Position numbers and translations under genes: made by a program. From the NCBI GenBank assembly GCA_043228905.1, contig JBHGNT010000004.1, forward strand, positions 22,506,001-22,570,000: a stretch of 64,000 nucleotides of DNA, read 5' to 3'. A model generated the notes under the pieces. That model did no database searches and was not told where the DNA came from. It worked only from the letters and a program-made list of their open reading frames with translations. This document shows positions 47,984 through 62,125 of this stretch, in pieces. The first letter of the stretch is position 1, and each line of letters begins with the position of its first letter. The stretch is from Azolla caroliniana (taxonomy: Eukaryota; Plantae; Polypodiophyta).

Positions 47984-50346
47984 TTATTTGAGATTTAACT
48001 CTCAATCTCATAGCATAACAAGTGAATGCTTATTTTTGTAGAATTGATATGAGTTCGAAGATCATGAAGCTTGTTAGATGTTGAAAAATAAGGCTGCTCT
48101 TTATGGCATATGGTGGTAATCCTCAAAACTAGTAAACCAGTGACCATAACTCATAAGAAACTCTAGTAAAAGTCAAAGCCATAGGGTACCAACCATTGAC
48201 TATTAAATTCTGGCCTACAAGTATTTTTTTTAGAAAGAATAATTGTATCGCTGTTTTGGGTGGTTTCTTATTCTTAGGATTGCCATCTTATTTGAGTTGG
48301 TACATGATAATGAATTTTTTCCTTATATTGCATTTCTTTATCATAATCTCTTCCTTATATTGGATTTTTTCCTTATATTGAAGCTACTTGATGTTCTTTG
48401 AAATGCAATTGAGTAGCTAAGTGCCCACCTTGATTATGATGGCAATATAATTTTCAAATAAAAGAAATGTTGCTTCAATGGTCTAAACCATCCCTACTAG
48501 GCTCTTGCATGCTTATCCAGTTTTTTACCTGAGAAACGTCAAGAAAATACATCATTCAGTAATGACGGTTGTTTTCCCTGGTCCTTGTGCATTCTATCCG
48601 ATTGTAATCTGAGAAATGTCAAAAAATGCATCTCTTGCCTTGAAATATCAAATCCATACAAATCTCGATCCGAGGAAAAATTGGACTTAGTTTGAGACTG
48701 AGTTTAATTTCCTATAATTCATTCTAATCCTGACCTCTCCATTATTTTTTGTCACTTCAAACAGATTATAGGAAACAAGTAGAACTCTCTAACAAGTTTT
48801 GCACGAGTACGGCTCATCTTATACTTGCTCTGTTCAAGGGCTATCCTTGGAACACTTTCCTCGTACATTTGTGTCGAATTTGATTTTATTAGGAATACAG
48901 AGTATTCATGTTTGATATATCACTCTAATCTTGTGCAAATGTATATTGGGATTCTCTTGAACGTAAAGTAAGAAGTGATTTTTAAATCATGATCAAAACG
49001 GTATTCACTTTCACAAATTTGAGATCGTACCTAATGTGCTTGTTCCTGGTTTAGGCTTGTTTCATAGCTTTTTCTACATTCCTTTTAGATTTCATTGTTA
49101 TCAAACTGCAATTGTGCAGAAGCAACTTTTGTCTTCTTATTTGGTAGCTTTCCATATTCGATAATGTTGAAAATAAATTCATACCTGAGATCTTTATTTT
49201 GGCCAATTTATCCACCACCAAATAGTACAATCTATTCTTATCACCTGCATATAGCACTTCTTCCTACAGCTTAGTGCATCACCAACTAGACCTATCGATG
49301 ATTTTGATATTCATATTTTGAACTAATTCTCGAAATAAACTACATCCACAAAGGTTTAAGATTTTGGCAGATTAAGCATTTTTGTTATCCAAAGAGGAAT
49401 GGGAGTCTCAATATGTACTCTACCATCCTTGCTGTAATTCGGTGAAAGGGAATTACTTTGGGACTAGACTCCCTCCTTGGAGGTCAAGCTTTGGGTAGAG
49501 GAGGGCATTATACCTAGATGATCTTCCAACACTAAACCCAATATTGAGTTAGAAAAAGAATAATTCCTAAGTATTAAATGGAATTACATTAAAAAAAAAA
49601 CTCATTAACTAATGAAAAATTCATAACCATGGATGCATTCTGATGTTCCCAAAACCCTAGAGGCGACAATTAGGAATTCCTTTTAACTTTTTTTTCTAGT
49701 AAGGCATTCCTTTCTTGCGATATGGGTTTGCCTAAAGATTCTCGTAATAGCCTTTTTCCTCACGTAAGAAAAGGTCCACATTTCGGAAATGTTTTCTGTA
49801 ACTTATGGAAAGACTCTTTTTTTAGGTGTGCTTACTGGGGTAAATCTTGTGTGATATTCTTGCTGGAGTTAAAAAAAACCATCCAACATTACTTTGGCAC
49901 TCTTGAGATAATTGCGGGAGAACATTTGAAACAGTTCAGTCCTATATCTTTTATCTCGTTGCATGCCAATCAGTTTTAGATGATAACAATCTTTCCAAGT
50001 GAACCATCAACAATAATTTTTCTGTCTTTCAAGTTGCATGAAAGGCCCAACTTAACTCGAATGCATGTTTATTTATATGGATTCGGTTTTAGGCATCATC
50101 GATGATACTACGGTATGGCAAAAAACACCAATAACCCAATTGTCTAATTCACACTAAGGCTTCAGCTTCTCCTTAATGGAATTACTATATGTTTGCTAGG
50201 AAATGCAAGAGATTGAAGACCCTCAGCTTCTCTTCACTATCAATTTGAGGGTTTTTTGTCTGTACACCTTAACATTTAACGACGCTCAGAAAACGCATCA
50301 AAGCAATACGCGGCATATTTGTGGCATTCCTAATCATTTAAATAGT

Positions 50347-50719
50347 TAATAAGGGCTAATAGCATTGCCAGAGTGGGAACTGTAAGGGTTATGAACGAGG
50401 AGAAACACATAGAACGACAAAGAAAATGAAATAGATAGATTACGAGGATCAAATAGCTAAAAAGAATGTGAGAATCGAATAGATATGTAGTGTCAAAAAT
50501 CACTCGATGGTTTACATTATTGATAAATAGGTAATAAGGGCTAATAGCATTGCCAGAGTGGGAACTGTAAGGGTTATGAACAAGGAGAGACACATAGAAC
50601 AACAAAGAAAATGAAATAGATAGATTACGAGGATCAAATAGCTAAAAAGAATGTGAGAATCGAATAGATATGTAGTGTCAAAAATCACTCGATGGCTTAC
50701 ATTATTGATAGATAGGTAA
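50347..50719. repeat. Near-perfect 185-bp tandem duplication
   Basis: TAATAAGGGCTAATAGCATTGCCAGAGTGGG... starts at 50347 and 50532. Confidence 0.9.
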
Positions 50720-51389
50720 GTACAATATAGGATAGTGAAACCCTAATTCTAAATATTCAAACCACCCTCAAATACAACTTACAATAGTAGAGTCTACAAC
50801 TTTTCTTGAACATATTGATCCATTTCCCTTTCTTTTCCCCCCCTTACAATCGGCTTAAGTCTAAATATGCACCTCAAAGGAGCCTTTGCATGTAGATCAT
50901 ATGTTGCCACATATATTGCCACATGGCATGCATGCATGCAAATTCAAACCATTCAGTTGTGTCTACTGATGTTTCAATTGATCTTACAAGGACTCAATGC
51001 GGATGCATCATTCATGTTCACAATCGAAGTGTCAATGGACCTTACAAGGATTCAATGTGGTTGCATTATTCATATTAATGGCTTGTCAGACACATTAAAT
51101 ATTCAAATCCTTCACCTGTAGAGCTAAACCAGCTTCAGTCAAACATTTGTTCTTTTAATAGGAGTTTCTATCAACAAAGTAAATTCATTACAAACAGTAT
51201 TGCATTATATCCAGTGTTTAGCTTACATGTCACAAGCTATTTCTTGGAGATGATAGGTTCAAACCTGCACATATCTTATAATTTTTGGATTTTTGGCCTG
51301 TCTTAACAATTTTCTCTGTAGTGAATCAGAATCTTACAACATTAATCCTTGACCTCATTTTAAAACGAAAACTAGTTAGAACCAGTAAA

Positions 51390-51680
51390 GCTTCACCCCT
51401 GCTGAATGTTTGGAGATCAAAAACCTCAAATAGGTTGATACAGGGTAACCTTTTCTTAATTTATATACTTTATACAACTAAATAGAACCAGCAACACATC
51501 ACCCCCTTCTGCGTGTTTGGAAATTGAAAATCCCAAAGAGGTTTACACAGGGTAACCATTGCTTAATCTACAATCTTTATACAACTAAATAGAATCGGCA
51601 AAGCATCACCCCTTCTGAATGTTTGGAGATAAAAAAACTCAAATAGGTTGATACAGGGTAACCCTTTGCTTAATCTACAA
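51390..51680. repeat. About 105-bp degenerate tandem repeat, 3 copies
   Basis: CACCCC..CTG..TGTTTGGA...AGGTT.A.ACAGGGTAACC...CTTAAT occurs three times. Confidence 0.7.
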
Positions 51681-52174
51681 CACTGCATCTTCATGGATCT
51701 ATAATCATGAAAAAACTCACAGTGCTTGTCATATAACGTACTACCATTGTTAAAGGAGGGTATAAGCAATCCGTGAGTATTACCGTCTTCAACTGGAACC
51801 TTTAGCAATTTACATTTCAATAATTCAGAAAATGGTTTAAAATGCTTTTAAGCCTAACAGTTAGAGATACAGCATGAGGGAGATAAAATTTAAAGACATT
51901 ATGAAGAGCTGAAGTTCTTGAAATCTAAAGAAGTAATCTTCAAAACGTGCCTTAGAACAAACATCATTGACTCATTTTTAAGTTCCTTCACTGGATCCTT
52001 GATCTGCCTCACAAGAGCACCATTTCTACTCCATAAAAACCCAACGGATAATAACCTTGCAAAGCAGAAAAGTATGAAACCTTCTCAATCCATTTTAAAG
52101 CACAGATGCCAATTCCTGAGAAACCAAAATTTCTTCAAAAGTATTTAACAGTAAGATCAACCCAGATAAGCATA

Positions 52175-54151
52175 TCATTGGCGCCTCCTTGATTCATTGA
52201 AGCTCTTCCCACCAGATCCTTGTTCTGCCTCATGAACAGCACCATAATCTACTCCATAAAATCCATGTGGATAAGAACCTCCGAGGGAACTTTTGTCTGG
52301 CCTCAGACCATAGCTAGACTGCATCGATGATGCATTTCCTGCATATGCCACCACAGGCACAGGAAGGTTGCCTCCGAACCCAGAATCACTGCTCCTGAAG
52401 ATGTTATTGCGCAGCCGGATCAGAATTTGAACAAGAGCGCCAAGAACAATATTTTCATCACCAGTAATCTGCCATCAAAGATGTTATATAACCAAATATA
52501 GTTAGTACTTCCATACTGAGCATAGATAGATATATAAATATATATGGCTAAATTTTATACCTGTACAAGTTCATCATTATTGTTTGCACATTTCGGGAGC
52601 TCTTCCTTGGGAGGAATACGAATATTAGCTCTCGTGTTCTTCCTCAGTTCACTTATGATGGAGCCTCCCTTCCCTAATATGCATCCAATTTGACTAGCTG
52701 GAACAAGCATGCGACACATACAACTACTCAGATCACCATCCTTGTCCGCAAGCATATCTACTAACCGGTTGTGCACTTGAAGAGTTGCTTCCACTGCTGG
52801 TGAGGAAACATTATCTATATACTGCATTCCATTATTAACACGAAAAACAAGTCAGTCATTCAAGGTGCACAATCAAAGTTGTTTGATATTTCAAACTTGA
52901 ATAAGCATTTTATCTATCCTTACCTCGGTAGATCTTATCTCAATCACACGCTCATCTGCATTAGGAATTGGCTCCGCCACTTTGATGGCAGCGCCGGTGT
53001 CTTCCCTCATCTTTCGGATGATACTACCCCCTTTCCCAATCATGCTTCCTATCTTATCATTGGGGCAGAGGATCCTGATAACTAATTCTCCTTCACCTTC
53101 AGCTCCAGATGCACGAATAGGAGCTGAACCAACACCATAAAACTGCGGTAATGGTGCAGATGACCACATTGTTCCATAACCAGGGTATGCACCAAAGCCC
53201 ATCATTGATCCCGCAAGAGGTGTATGAGGTAAGAACGATCCACCTTGAGTCAAATAAGGGTATAGACTAGCTCCCCCATATAAGACTTCCATTGCATTTC
53301 CTTCCCCTCGGTTGCGAGGAGGATTTTCATATAGTCTTGTCGATACAGCTTTCAAAGCTTTCTTCACAAGTGCAAGATCACCCGATAACTGATACCACAT
53401 GAAAGGTCTACCAGTAAGACGAGATAACATTTCAAAATGTTGATATGAAAGACACAATGCATGACCAATTTATGAGGCTTTCATTTCGTGGTTCGGAAGT
53501 CAAAGACAACATCATGTGGGAGATTATACATACAGAAGTATCAGTCCAAACTATGAAGAGAATCCTAACCCTCAAACTAACCTGAACCATTTCATCAGTA
53601 TTGGAGACCCAGGCTGGAATTTGCTCCTTTGGCAAAACCCTAATTTGAGCTCCAATCTCTCGCCTCATCTGCTCAATAATCTTTCCTCCTTTTCCGAGAA
53701 TACAGCCAATTTGGGCGTTAGGAACAAGAAGTCTTGCAGTGAGAGGGCGAGGGGGTTCATCTTCTTCTTCATCATCAGCTGAACTAATCTCAACAATCCT
53801 GTCATGAACCCTAAAGAGAGCTTCTTGAGCTGCACAAACACTCTGAGATTCTGTGGTGTGAAGGGTATCCTTAGAAGCAGAGCAAATGTATATAACACGT
53901 TCATCAGAGCCAGGGATAGGATCTTCTACTTTGATTTTTGACCTACACTCTTGTCTAAGCGATTTGATGATGGATCCTCCTTTACCGATCAAACTCCCGA
54001 TCTTTGATCCCGGACACAAGATGCGATATTCAGTCTCAGAAGTAACCAAAGAAGAAGATGATGAATAGGGGTCGGGTTCCGTTTTCCTCTTCTGCCTCGG
54101 GAAGTTTTCCTGAGTTACACGAAATCGTTTCCCAGAAGCACCTCCTTCCAT
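52175..54151 (-). CDS. KH-domain RNA-binding protein (four type-I KH domains, PCBP/HEN4-like group); 4 coding exons
   Basis: Exons 54151-53582, 53388-52924, 52821-52561, 52468-52175, phase-0 GT-AG introns. Four IG.(L/I/M)(I/L)GKGG motifs. Confidence 0.9.
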
Positions 54152-54626
54152 AGCCAAATATAGCTAAGGCAGGAGAGGATGGCTGTGGACGGATGGATGT
54201 GATACGATCTGATATGTTTGTGTGAGTGAGATCCTGAGCACCTGAAAGACGACATAGAAGGATTGACAATACGATAAACAAATCCTAACAAGGATGGGGT
54301 TAGGTATTAAACGAGAGAAAAAAATACGTATTTGACGATTTACGGGGTTAGGTATTAAACTGTAAATAAATTTAGCAGGATCTGAAGGGTAGTAAGCTAT
54401 GAAATTGTGCACGATAAAGATATAGATGATTGATGAAAGAATCGAGCCTACAGAAAACATCCTGCGCGTGGCTTCTCCTGGCTTCTTTAAGGTTTTAGAG
54501 GAAAAATGAGTTTCTTTCGTTCAAAATTACCTACATAACCAAGGCTTTTAAAGGTACAAGAAAAAGGAAAACTGAGAAAAAAGGACCTGTGGCGATGGTG
54601 ATGATGAAGGAGAAGAAGGTTCGTCT

Positions 54627-54662
<36 letters not shown>

Positions 54663-54982
54663 ATGTTCGTGCAGAGAGGTGCTCCAAAGCTCTCCACGGT
54701 TAGGAATGGCTTATGCAGGAGACCTTAGGAATCAGACGAGACGAAAAGCAAGTGAAATGTTGTTACGAGCAGTCTCTGAATGATCATGATTCGGGTCTGT
54801 GTGTTGGGTCGAAAACCCTAGAAACAGGGGAGGGAGGCAGGGGAGAAGATCTCCACCTCCTGCTTAACCTCAGCTAAACCCAACTACAGTTAAACAAACC
54901 CAACCTGAGGTTCCACAGAAAACCCTACAACCTCTCTGCCCCTGCCCTAAACAAACCTACAACCCTAAATATAGTTACACGC

Positions 54983-55236
54983 TAGTATGAACCATACGTA
55001 ACCATACGTGCATCCCCCCCCCCAGAATGTTTGCAACATTCGCGCATGGTAAAACACCGTCGAAGTATGGTAAACACCATACGTTTGTATTCATTATGTA
55101 CTTATTATAAGGTAAAAAAAACTTAAGGTTAAAAGGGTAAAATAAATCACACGAAATTATTTTTTTATCATACGCATTCGTTTTCATGCGTCAGAAGACG
55201 AATGTTTGCTAATGCATTCGAGTATATTACTTACTA
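54983..55236. mobile_element. Small MITE-like repeat; inverted relative at 61193-61448
   Basis: TAGTATGAACCATACGT...CATTCGTTTTCAT.CGT..GAA.ACGAATG is shared between the copies; TAGTA/TACTA ends; no TSD found. Confidence 0.5.
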
Positions 55237-57655
55237 TGGAGCCTTACAGCACCTTTATGTCTTATAGCACCCTCCTCTAAGGTGCTAGCTATAAGGCATG
55301 AAGGTGATTGATTTGCTATGGGAATAAAATGACACCAAAGCTCATTATCGAGAACACTACAAAACCAAAATAACCTAATGCTTGTAGTGGTACTCCAGAC
55401 CAGACCACCCATTTGTCTGACTCGAATTTATACTATAGAAATCCAAGGTAGTCTAACATTTAGCTTAGTCGTGAGGGCAAATCTCTAGCTCCCTAATGCC
55501 AAAGGGTCACAAATTTTATTTGAGTTAATGATTCTAAATATGTAGCGTAACAACCATATGGTTTTAGCAATTATGCATGGCAATCTCCTCCATCATTTAG
55601 CGAAAAAAAAACACATCCCGTTTGAAATGTCGACTATAAGTATCAATCATGTGCTATCAAATAGCCAATATTTCCACATTTCATGTCCCTTCAATTCCCG
55701 AATAAGGGCCACAAGAAAATGCAAAGTTGATCACGATCATTGCATATAATCATATTCATGAGGTATATATAACACCTATTCCCCTCTAATTTGAATGTCA
55801 CGTATTCACTATTTGGATATTGTAGAATTACATGAGAGAGAGTGCAAAACTAAAGTATCGTCGTTTTCTTTTTCTAGATCTTTACAAGTAGATCGATTGA
55901 CTGGTCACACATGTGTTAAAGGTGACAACATGACAACCATGTGATGGGTTTTTTTTCGTTGCCTTGTTTAATTGGCTTCTTCAAGACAATATATACTCCC
56001 TTCACGTATTCAAGAATAGTCTAGAGGAGAGGTCAATTCAAGGTCCATCAACCATTAAAAAAGTCCTTATTGAAAATAAATGGAGTTTATCTTGTGGTGA
56101 TGCATCGAAGCCCCATGAAGAAAACCAAAAACCACACCAAGTGGGCAATGTGGAAGAGGAGGAAACACCAATAGAATCCATGCCACATCATCACCAAGAA
56201 AACAGAAACTATGCTAAAACCGTAAAGATGGTATTCCCACTAAGAAGCCAAGAACGACATTGGGACCATCTATAACACTTCATTCAACCCCCCCACCCCC
56301 AATAAACAAGTTGCGCAAACTTAGGATACGAGCTTGAAAATAAAGAAACAAACTCCACAAAGAGCATGGTTACACTGGGTAAATGTATCGTTTTTTTCTG
56401 TTGCAGTATGAACCACTAATCAACGAACAAAAATATCCAAGTAACAGTTCACATTCATGCTAGTCGAACATTGAACTCCACTCCATAGGAACAGTCTAAT
56501 TTGCAATATCATGCAAGATGCAAAATTTGATGCTACACAAAACAATGTTGTATCTCAAGGAATATGACCAAGTGTTGACAAGTCATAGAAAAGGTGGTTG
56601 AGTAGGGTGGAAGTAGAAAAAGCATGGTCCTTGGTTAAATTTCATCCAACTAGGTTCAATCAAAACATGACTAACCAGGTTTGGAACATACGAATGTAAA
56701 ACTAAAAGAGCTAGAGACCAAGTGAATAAATTCGATGTCACGTTTTATTAAAGGAACACCAACGATATCAATTTGGCACATACTTTGGTGACAATTGCAC
56801 ATACTTACGAGTTGGCCTTTGACACAACTATGTTGGTGCCTACTCTAAAAGAGTTTTCCACTAGACAAAAATGTTGGAAAGATAAGTAAAATACCTCTAC
56901 CTTCGATACACGTAATCCATCCAAATATATCTTGAGGTTGGCTCAAATTACTCGTGTATATATATAGATGATGTTTTGCATGGGGGTTGTCATTTTAGAG
57001 ATGAGATGCAAGCAAATGATTTGGGTACTGAAAGTAGTTTTGACAACAATCCTCGTGCCTAATGAAAAGCATGCCCTAAACTCTCTTTGCCCCCTTCATT
57101 GTTTTTATTACTTGCAGACAATCAAGTTGTTGTTGTATGGTTGCTTGGGGGGAAAAAACAACAACTCACTTCAAATGGAACAACATTCTGGAAGGCATAC
57201 ATATTGCAACCATACTATCGACACCCAAATGCAAGAATCTACCGCAATGTTTTCCCATTCTTGTGTCGAGGCTCTTTCTGTCATTTTGCTTATACGATCA
57301 AATTTCATTTGTTGTGTGGAGATTCATGTAGTAGAGTTCGATCAATTTACTTCGTAACTATTGTGTCGATAGGTTACAACGAGCGAGCCAAAAGCTTATA
57401 TAGGTTTTATTGTGCCAAGATCTTCTATTGTGTTGATAGGTTTTTTTTACATGTCTTGTCCCCAACCCAAATTCTTCTAAAGGGGCAAATTGAAATGAGA
57501 GAGAAACCATTAATTCACTAGAGAAGAAGAAGGAGAAGGAGAAGAAGAAGAAGAAGAAGAAGAAGAAGAAGAAACAGAGCATCATCCGCCACAAAAAGCT
57601 GCAGATACAGTATTCAGAGAAGCAGCCTTCTTCAATATCTCTGTGTGCATCGGAG

Positions 57656-60600
57656 ATGCCGCCCCTGCCGCCCCTGCCGCCCCTTCGATGCTCCTCCTCC
57701 TCCTGCTTCCTCTTATGGGCTTTGCCCAACCCCCGCTGCTACACGCTCCTCCGCCCTGCCGTCGCCCGGAGCCACTTACACTCCAGTAGTAGCTCGCAGG
57801 TTGAATCTCTCACCAGCAGACAGGCGTCGCAGGTCTCCATCTACATTGACACTCTTCTTGAATGGAACCAGGTGATGATGATGAACCAGAATTGTTGTTT
57901 CTGTTATTTGAGATGGAGCTTTTTTGTTCTTTTAACCCCCTGGTGGAGGCCAACACCAGCTCATGGGACAAAGTAATCGACATAGGGACATGTCCTCTGG
58001 CTATCCAAAATAAAACCAAATGACAAGATAGAAGAAACATGTTGAGAGTAATTAGAAGGGTTATCCAGGACTAGGATTTCTGGAGTTGTTACTTCTCCAA
58101 GACAGTGAATCCAATGCATTCATGTGTCAATCAGCCTCAGATATACAATTAGAGGGCCAATTCCTCCATCAAAGTCAATGGTATCATATGGCAAGAGATC
58201 CTATATCAAAGTCTTCAGGTAGTCCTGACCTCATGATCTTCATCAAGCTCAAATGTAATGTGGGTTTCTCGCATATCAGTGGCTGTGTCGACACATGACT
58301 GTCAATATCTAGATACATAGCGACCTGAAAATTTAGGCAATTGTTTGAAATTGGGAATCCACTATCTAATTTGAATAGTGTATATACAATAAAGATTGTG
58401 GTGTTTGTTGCTATCACAAAAGAAGAAGATCATGGCAGCATTGTCACAGAGCACTATATACATGGCCTAGACATGATTGCAGAGCTGTCGAGTCAATGTT
58501 CAATAGAGCTACGTGTGAGGTTTTCCTGAGACTTGGGAGTACCGCCAGGTTTATGCCTATGATCAAGTTAGGAGACCCTGTCTTGACGAGTAACTATCAC
58601 ACTATCATATGATTGATCATAAGCCAGTTTATGCCTATGATCAAGTTAGGAGACCCTGTCTTGACAAGTAACTATCACACTATCATATGATTGATCATAA
58701 GCCAAGTTTTATGGATCTATGCTTGAGCAACTTCCTAAGATGGTCACAACATGGGAGTCTTTCGAGCCAAAAGATTCACAACAAGATTCTGTACTTGGGT
58801 TAATATATTTTGCACCGAGAGCTGTGATTGAGGTGGGTGGTGTGACAACCATATGAATATCATATGTATATATCATCACCTGTTTTGCAAGAGCAAGGTG
58901 ATTTCATCTAGAATGTTCCAGAAGATCTATTGCCTAATTATGTCACACACATTAGGCAGGAAGTGGCTCAATTATGTAGGAGGAGGCATATTGGGTTTCA
59001 AGGCTATATCCACCATAGCCAAAGATTAGTTTGCCCGAAACATTTGATACCACGTGGTCCAAGTTTCAAACTTTTCTGAACGAGATTCAGTCAGCTGTAT
59101 GGCTGCACCCTCATGGGTATCTGAAAAATCAAGCTCAGGCATGCTTGGCTGGATTTCTTCTTACAGGGCCAACACTTAGTTGATTCACTATTGCTGGAAA
59201 AAGGAGTTCCATAGTTAGAATAAATTGTGACCTTCATTGCTAATCTCAATACTTGATTTGGAGATATCGATACAGAGTTTACTTAATGAGATTCAGTCAT
59301 CTATATGGCTGCATCCTCATGGGTATCTGCAGGATCAAGCTCTGGCAAGCTTGGCCAGATTTCTTTTTACAGGAGTAGCATTGAGTTGCTTCACTGTTGC
59401 TGGAAAAAGGAGTTCTATAGTTAGTACGACCATTGCAGATGTCAAAGCTTGATTTGGAGATATTGGTAGACAGTCAACAAAGTAAGAACCTCATGAAACT
59501 TCAGTTTATGCATCCACGTGTCAGAAAACTGCCTCAGACATTGGCCCGGGCAATATTTCCGTCTGTGGTTATTTTTGTAGGGTGCTTCAAGATGGTATCA
59601 AAGACCACTTGTGGACAATGATTATCTCAGAAACTTTGAAGAGGCCATTAAGTTAACTGTTCAATGTGATAATTGCCGATTCAAGCTTAATATGGGGTAT
59701 CGGGGTCTATTATCAGTTTTAGTTCCATAGACGCCACAAATCCTAGACCTGCCTTTGTCGCATCTTCTAAGCTAGATGGCCCATTACTGAACAATTTGAT
59801 TGTTCACTTTTCGGCTTCATCTCCTGCTGAAAAACCAGGGAGAGAGACCAATCTATTGCAGATGGTCACATCATTCGTGAACGAGCTAGCATGTCATAAA
59901 ACATCGGGGGTTGTTTGAATAGTTGGATTCTCTTGATGGCTGGCAGACATTTGACAGACTCCCTCTGCCTTGGTGAAGATTGTATTATTTCTGATAAGGG
60001 TCAAGGCTTTTTAATTTCAATATTCCATTGGCCCCTCCAATTAAGATTGATGGTTTTAAAGAATTTGAGGTTCAGTAGATTTTGGAATAGTGGTACAGTC
60101 ATTGTACCATTTTGATCATTGATCTTTTTTGAAATTTTTGTGTGGTACAGTCATAGTCATGAAACTGTTTGAAAATCTTGTGTTTCATTTAATTGTGACT
60201 TAACTCATTTGAACCACATGTTTTTCTAAGATGGTAATGGATACCGGTCTGATTTTGAGTTGGACTTGTGTCAGCGAATGAATCTTACTGCTGTGACTGA
60301 AAGGAGCTCTGTCATGGAGAGACATATTGTTGATTCTCTTGCTCTTCTTCCAGTTATGGAAGCCACCTATGCAGAATATAATAAGAACAAAAAAAATGTC
60401 CTTGAGAATGTAAAGATTGTCGATATTGGAACTGGAGCTGGATTGCCCGGTATTGTAGTTGCCATTGCACGCCCATGTAAGAGTGTTGTGCATTATATCT
60501 TCTATTCACTTTTTGGTTCCAACATTTTCAAGAGTGAAATATTTAGATTTATGCAGCATGGGAGGTCACTTTGATGGAGTCCCTTCAGAAGCGTTGCAAT

Positions 60601-62125
60601 TTCCTAGAGCATGTCATTGACGTATTGGGCTTAAGCAATGTACGAGTGATTCGAACTCGAGCTGAGGTTTGTGGATTTTTGCGTGTATGTTCTGTAATAG
60701 AGCACATGGGAGGATTATCTAATCATAGATATTTCTTTGTCATTGATGACGAAAGGTTGAAACTTCCACAGGATGCGGGGCAGGACACAGCTTATCGAGA
60801 AGTTTTTGATGTTGTTGTTGCAAGGGCAGTGGCAGAAATGCGGGTACTTGGTATGTCTCTCCACATTTGCAAGAATATCATGTGATAATCTGAGGGAGTT
60901 GGCAAAGTAATCAAGTCTCAAAAAATTGTATCCCACATTCTTGGACTGGATGAACCACAGTAGTTTTATCCAATTGTAATGTTCCCTGCTTTAGGATGTT
61001 TATGTGGTAATTCTTACTTTCTCATCAAGGAAAATCATTGATCTCTATGAATACAAGGCAGTTTGTATTTTGAGGCTCAAGGCAGAGCTATATATGTACA
61101 ATCAGTCATCGCAATTCAGTTTTGGGATAAAACATTAACTGTTTGGTTACTTGAAAGAGGGTAAAAGAGATCATGTCTTTCTATATCAATCATAGTATGT
61201 AAAATTTGTGTTCGTCTAGCATAACATTCGTTTTCATACGTTGGAAAACGAATGCGAATGTTATTCAAACATTCTTGTGTTTTTTTTCCCCATTTTTTAT
61301 TGTTTTTTTCCATTTCTTAGGCTTATTTACCTCATAATAAATAGTTAATCCAAAAGTATGGTATTTATCATTGAGGGTGTTTTTCTTACGTGAATGATTA
61401 AAACATTCGCGAATGCGAATGCCCGTATGGTACGTATGGTTCATACTATGATATCAATGATGCTAGACAATTGCATGGCAAAGGTAACTGTCAAGACTCA
61501 ATAGCAACAAGGTGTCATGAATTTTATTCATGATAAAAAGAGAGATATTAATGTCTCTAAAAGATCATAATAGTTTATGAAACCTGACAGAGATTGCATC
61601 TGTTTATGTTAACTTGTCAATGCCAGTAACAAAAGGAAAATGTCTTTTTGCACTAGCTTCCTAGAATTTAATGGCTAGAAATGTAATTATGAATAAGGGT
61701 TAACCAACAATATCGTGTGAGCTTATCCCATGTACAATAAATTTTATACTAATTTTTTGAGGATCACTCCCATTCAAGAAAGGCATATTTATGTTCTATT
61801 ATATGTGCATCCCTTTATTTTTTAAGCTTTATAAATGCGGAAATTTCATTACAAGCTGCGTGGATCCCATCAAAATGCAAATAATGGATTTGTTTACTGT
61901 GCTAGTTGTAACCTCTTGGCCTTCACAATATCTGAAGTTTTATCTCTGTGTTTGTCATAGTTTCTCATCCTTATGAGGACAGTGTTGTAAAGGTTCCGTG
62001 TTCTTACTATTGTATTATAATGATTCTGTAAATAATTTCAACTTGTAATTTGTGCAGTGGAACTTTGTGTACCTCTTGTTCGAGTTGGAGGGCTCTTTTT
62101 GGCTGCGAAAGGTGCCAATCCTGAG
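57656..62125 (+). CDS. rsmG: 16S rRNA m7G methyltransferase RsmG/GidB, organelle-targeted; 3' exons not found in this window
   Basis: Exons 57656-57871, 60275-60476, 60557-60666, 60772-60850, 62058-62125, in phase. Motifs LEWNQRMNLTA, HIVDSL, VDIGTGAGLPG, FDVVVARAVA, AAKG. Confidence 0.9.
58549..58704. repeat. 78-bp tandem duplication in rsmG intron 1
   Basis: GTTTATGCCTATGATCAAGTTAGGAGACCCTG... at 58549 and 58627. Confidence 0.88.
59081..59425. repeat. Diverged direct duplication (about 206-bp period) in rsmG intron 1
   Basis: GAGATTCAGTCA.CT.TATGGCTGCA.CCTCATGGGTATCTG...TTGCTGGAAAAAGGAGTTC occurs twice. Confidence 0.75.
61193..61448. mobile_element. MITE-like repeat in an rsmG intron, inverted relative of 54983-55236
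   Basis: TAGTATG...CATACTA ends; shared core with the 54983 copy. Confidence 0.5.

Noticed and set aside
54810-54970. Telo-box-like AAACCCTA motifs upstream of the KH gene
   Set aside because: Plausible but short, mostly imperfect and common; function cannot be supported from sequence alone.
56968-57521. 129-aa and 144-aa ORFs upstream of rsmG
   Set aside because: No motifs or splice structure recognised.
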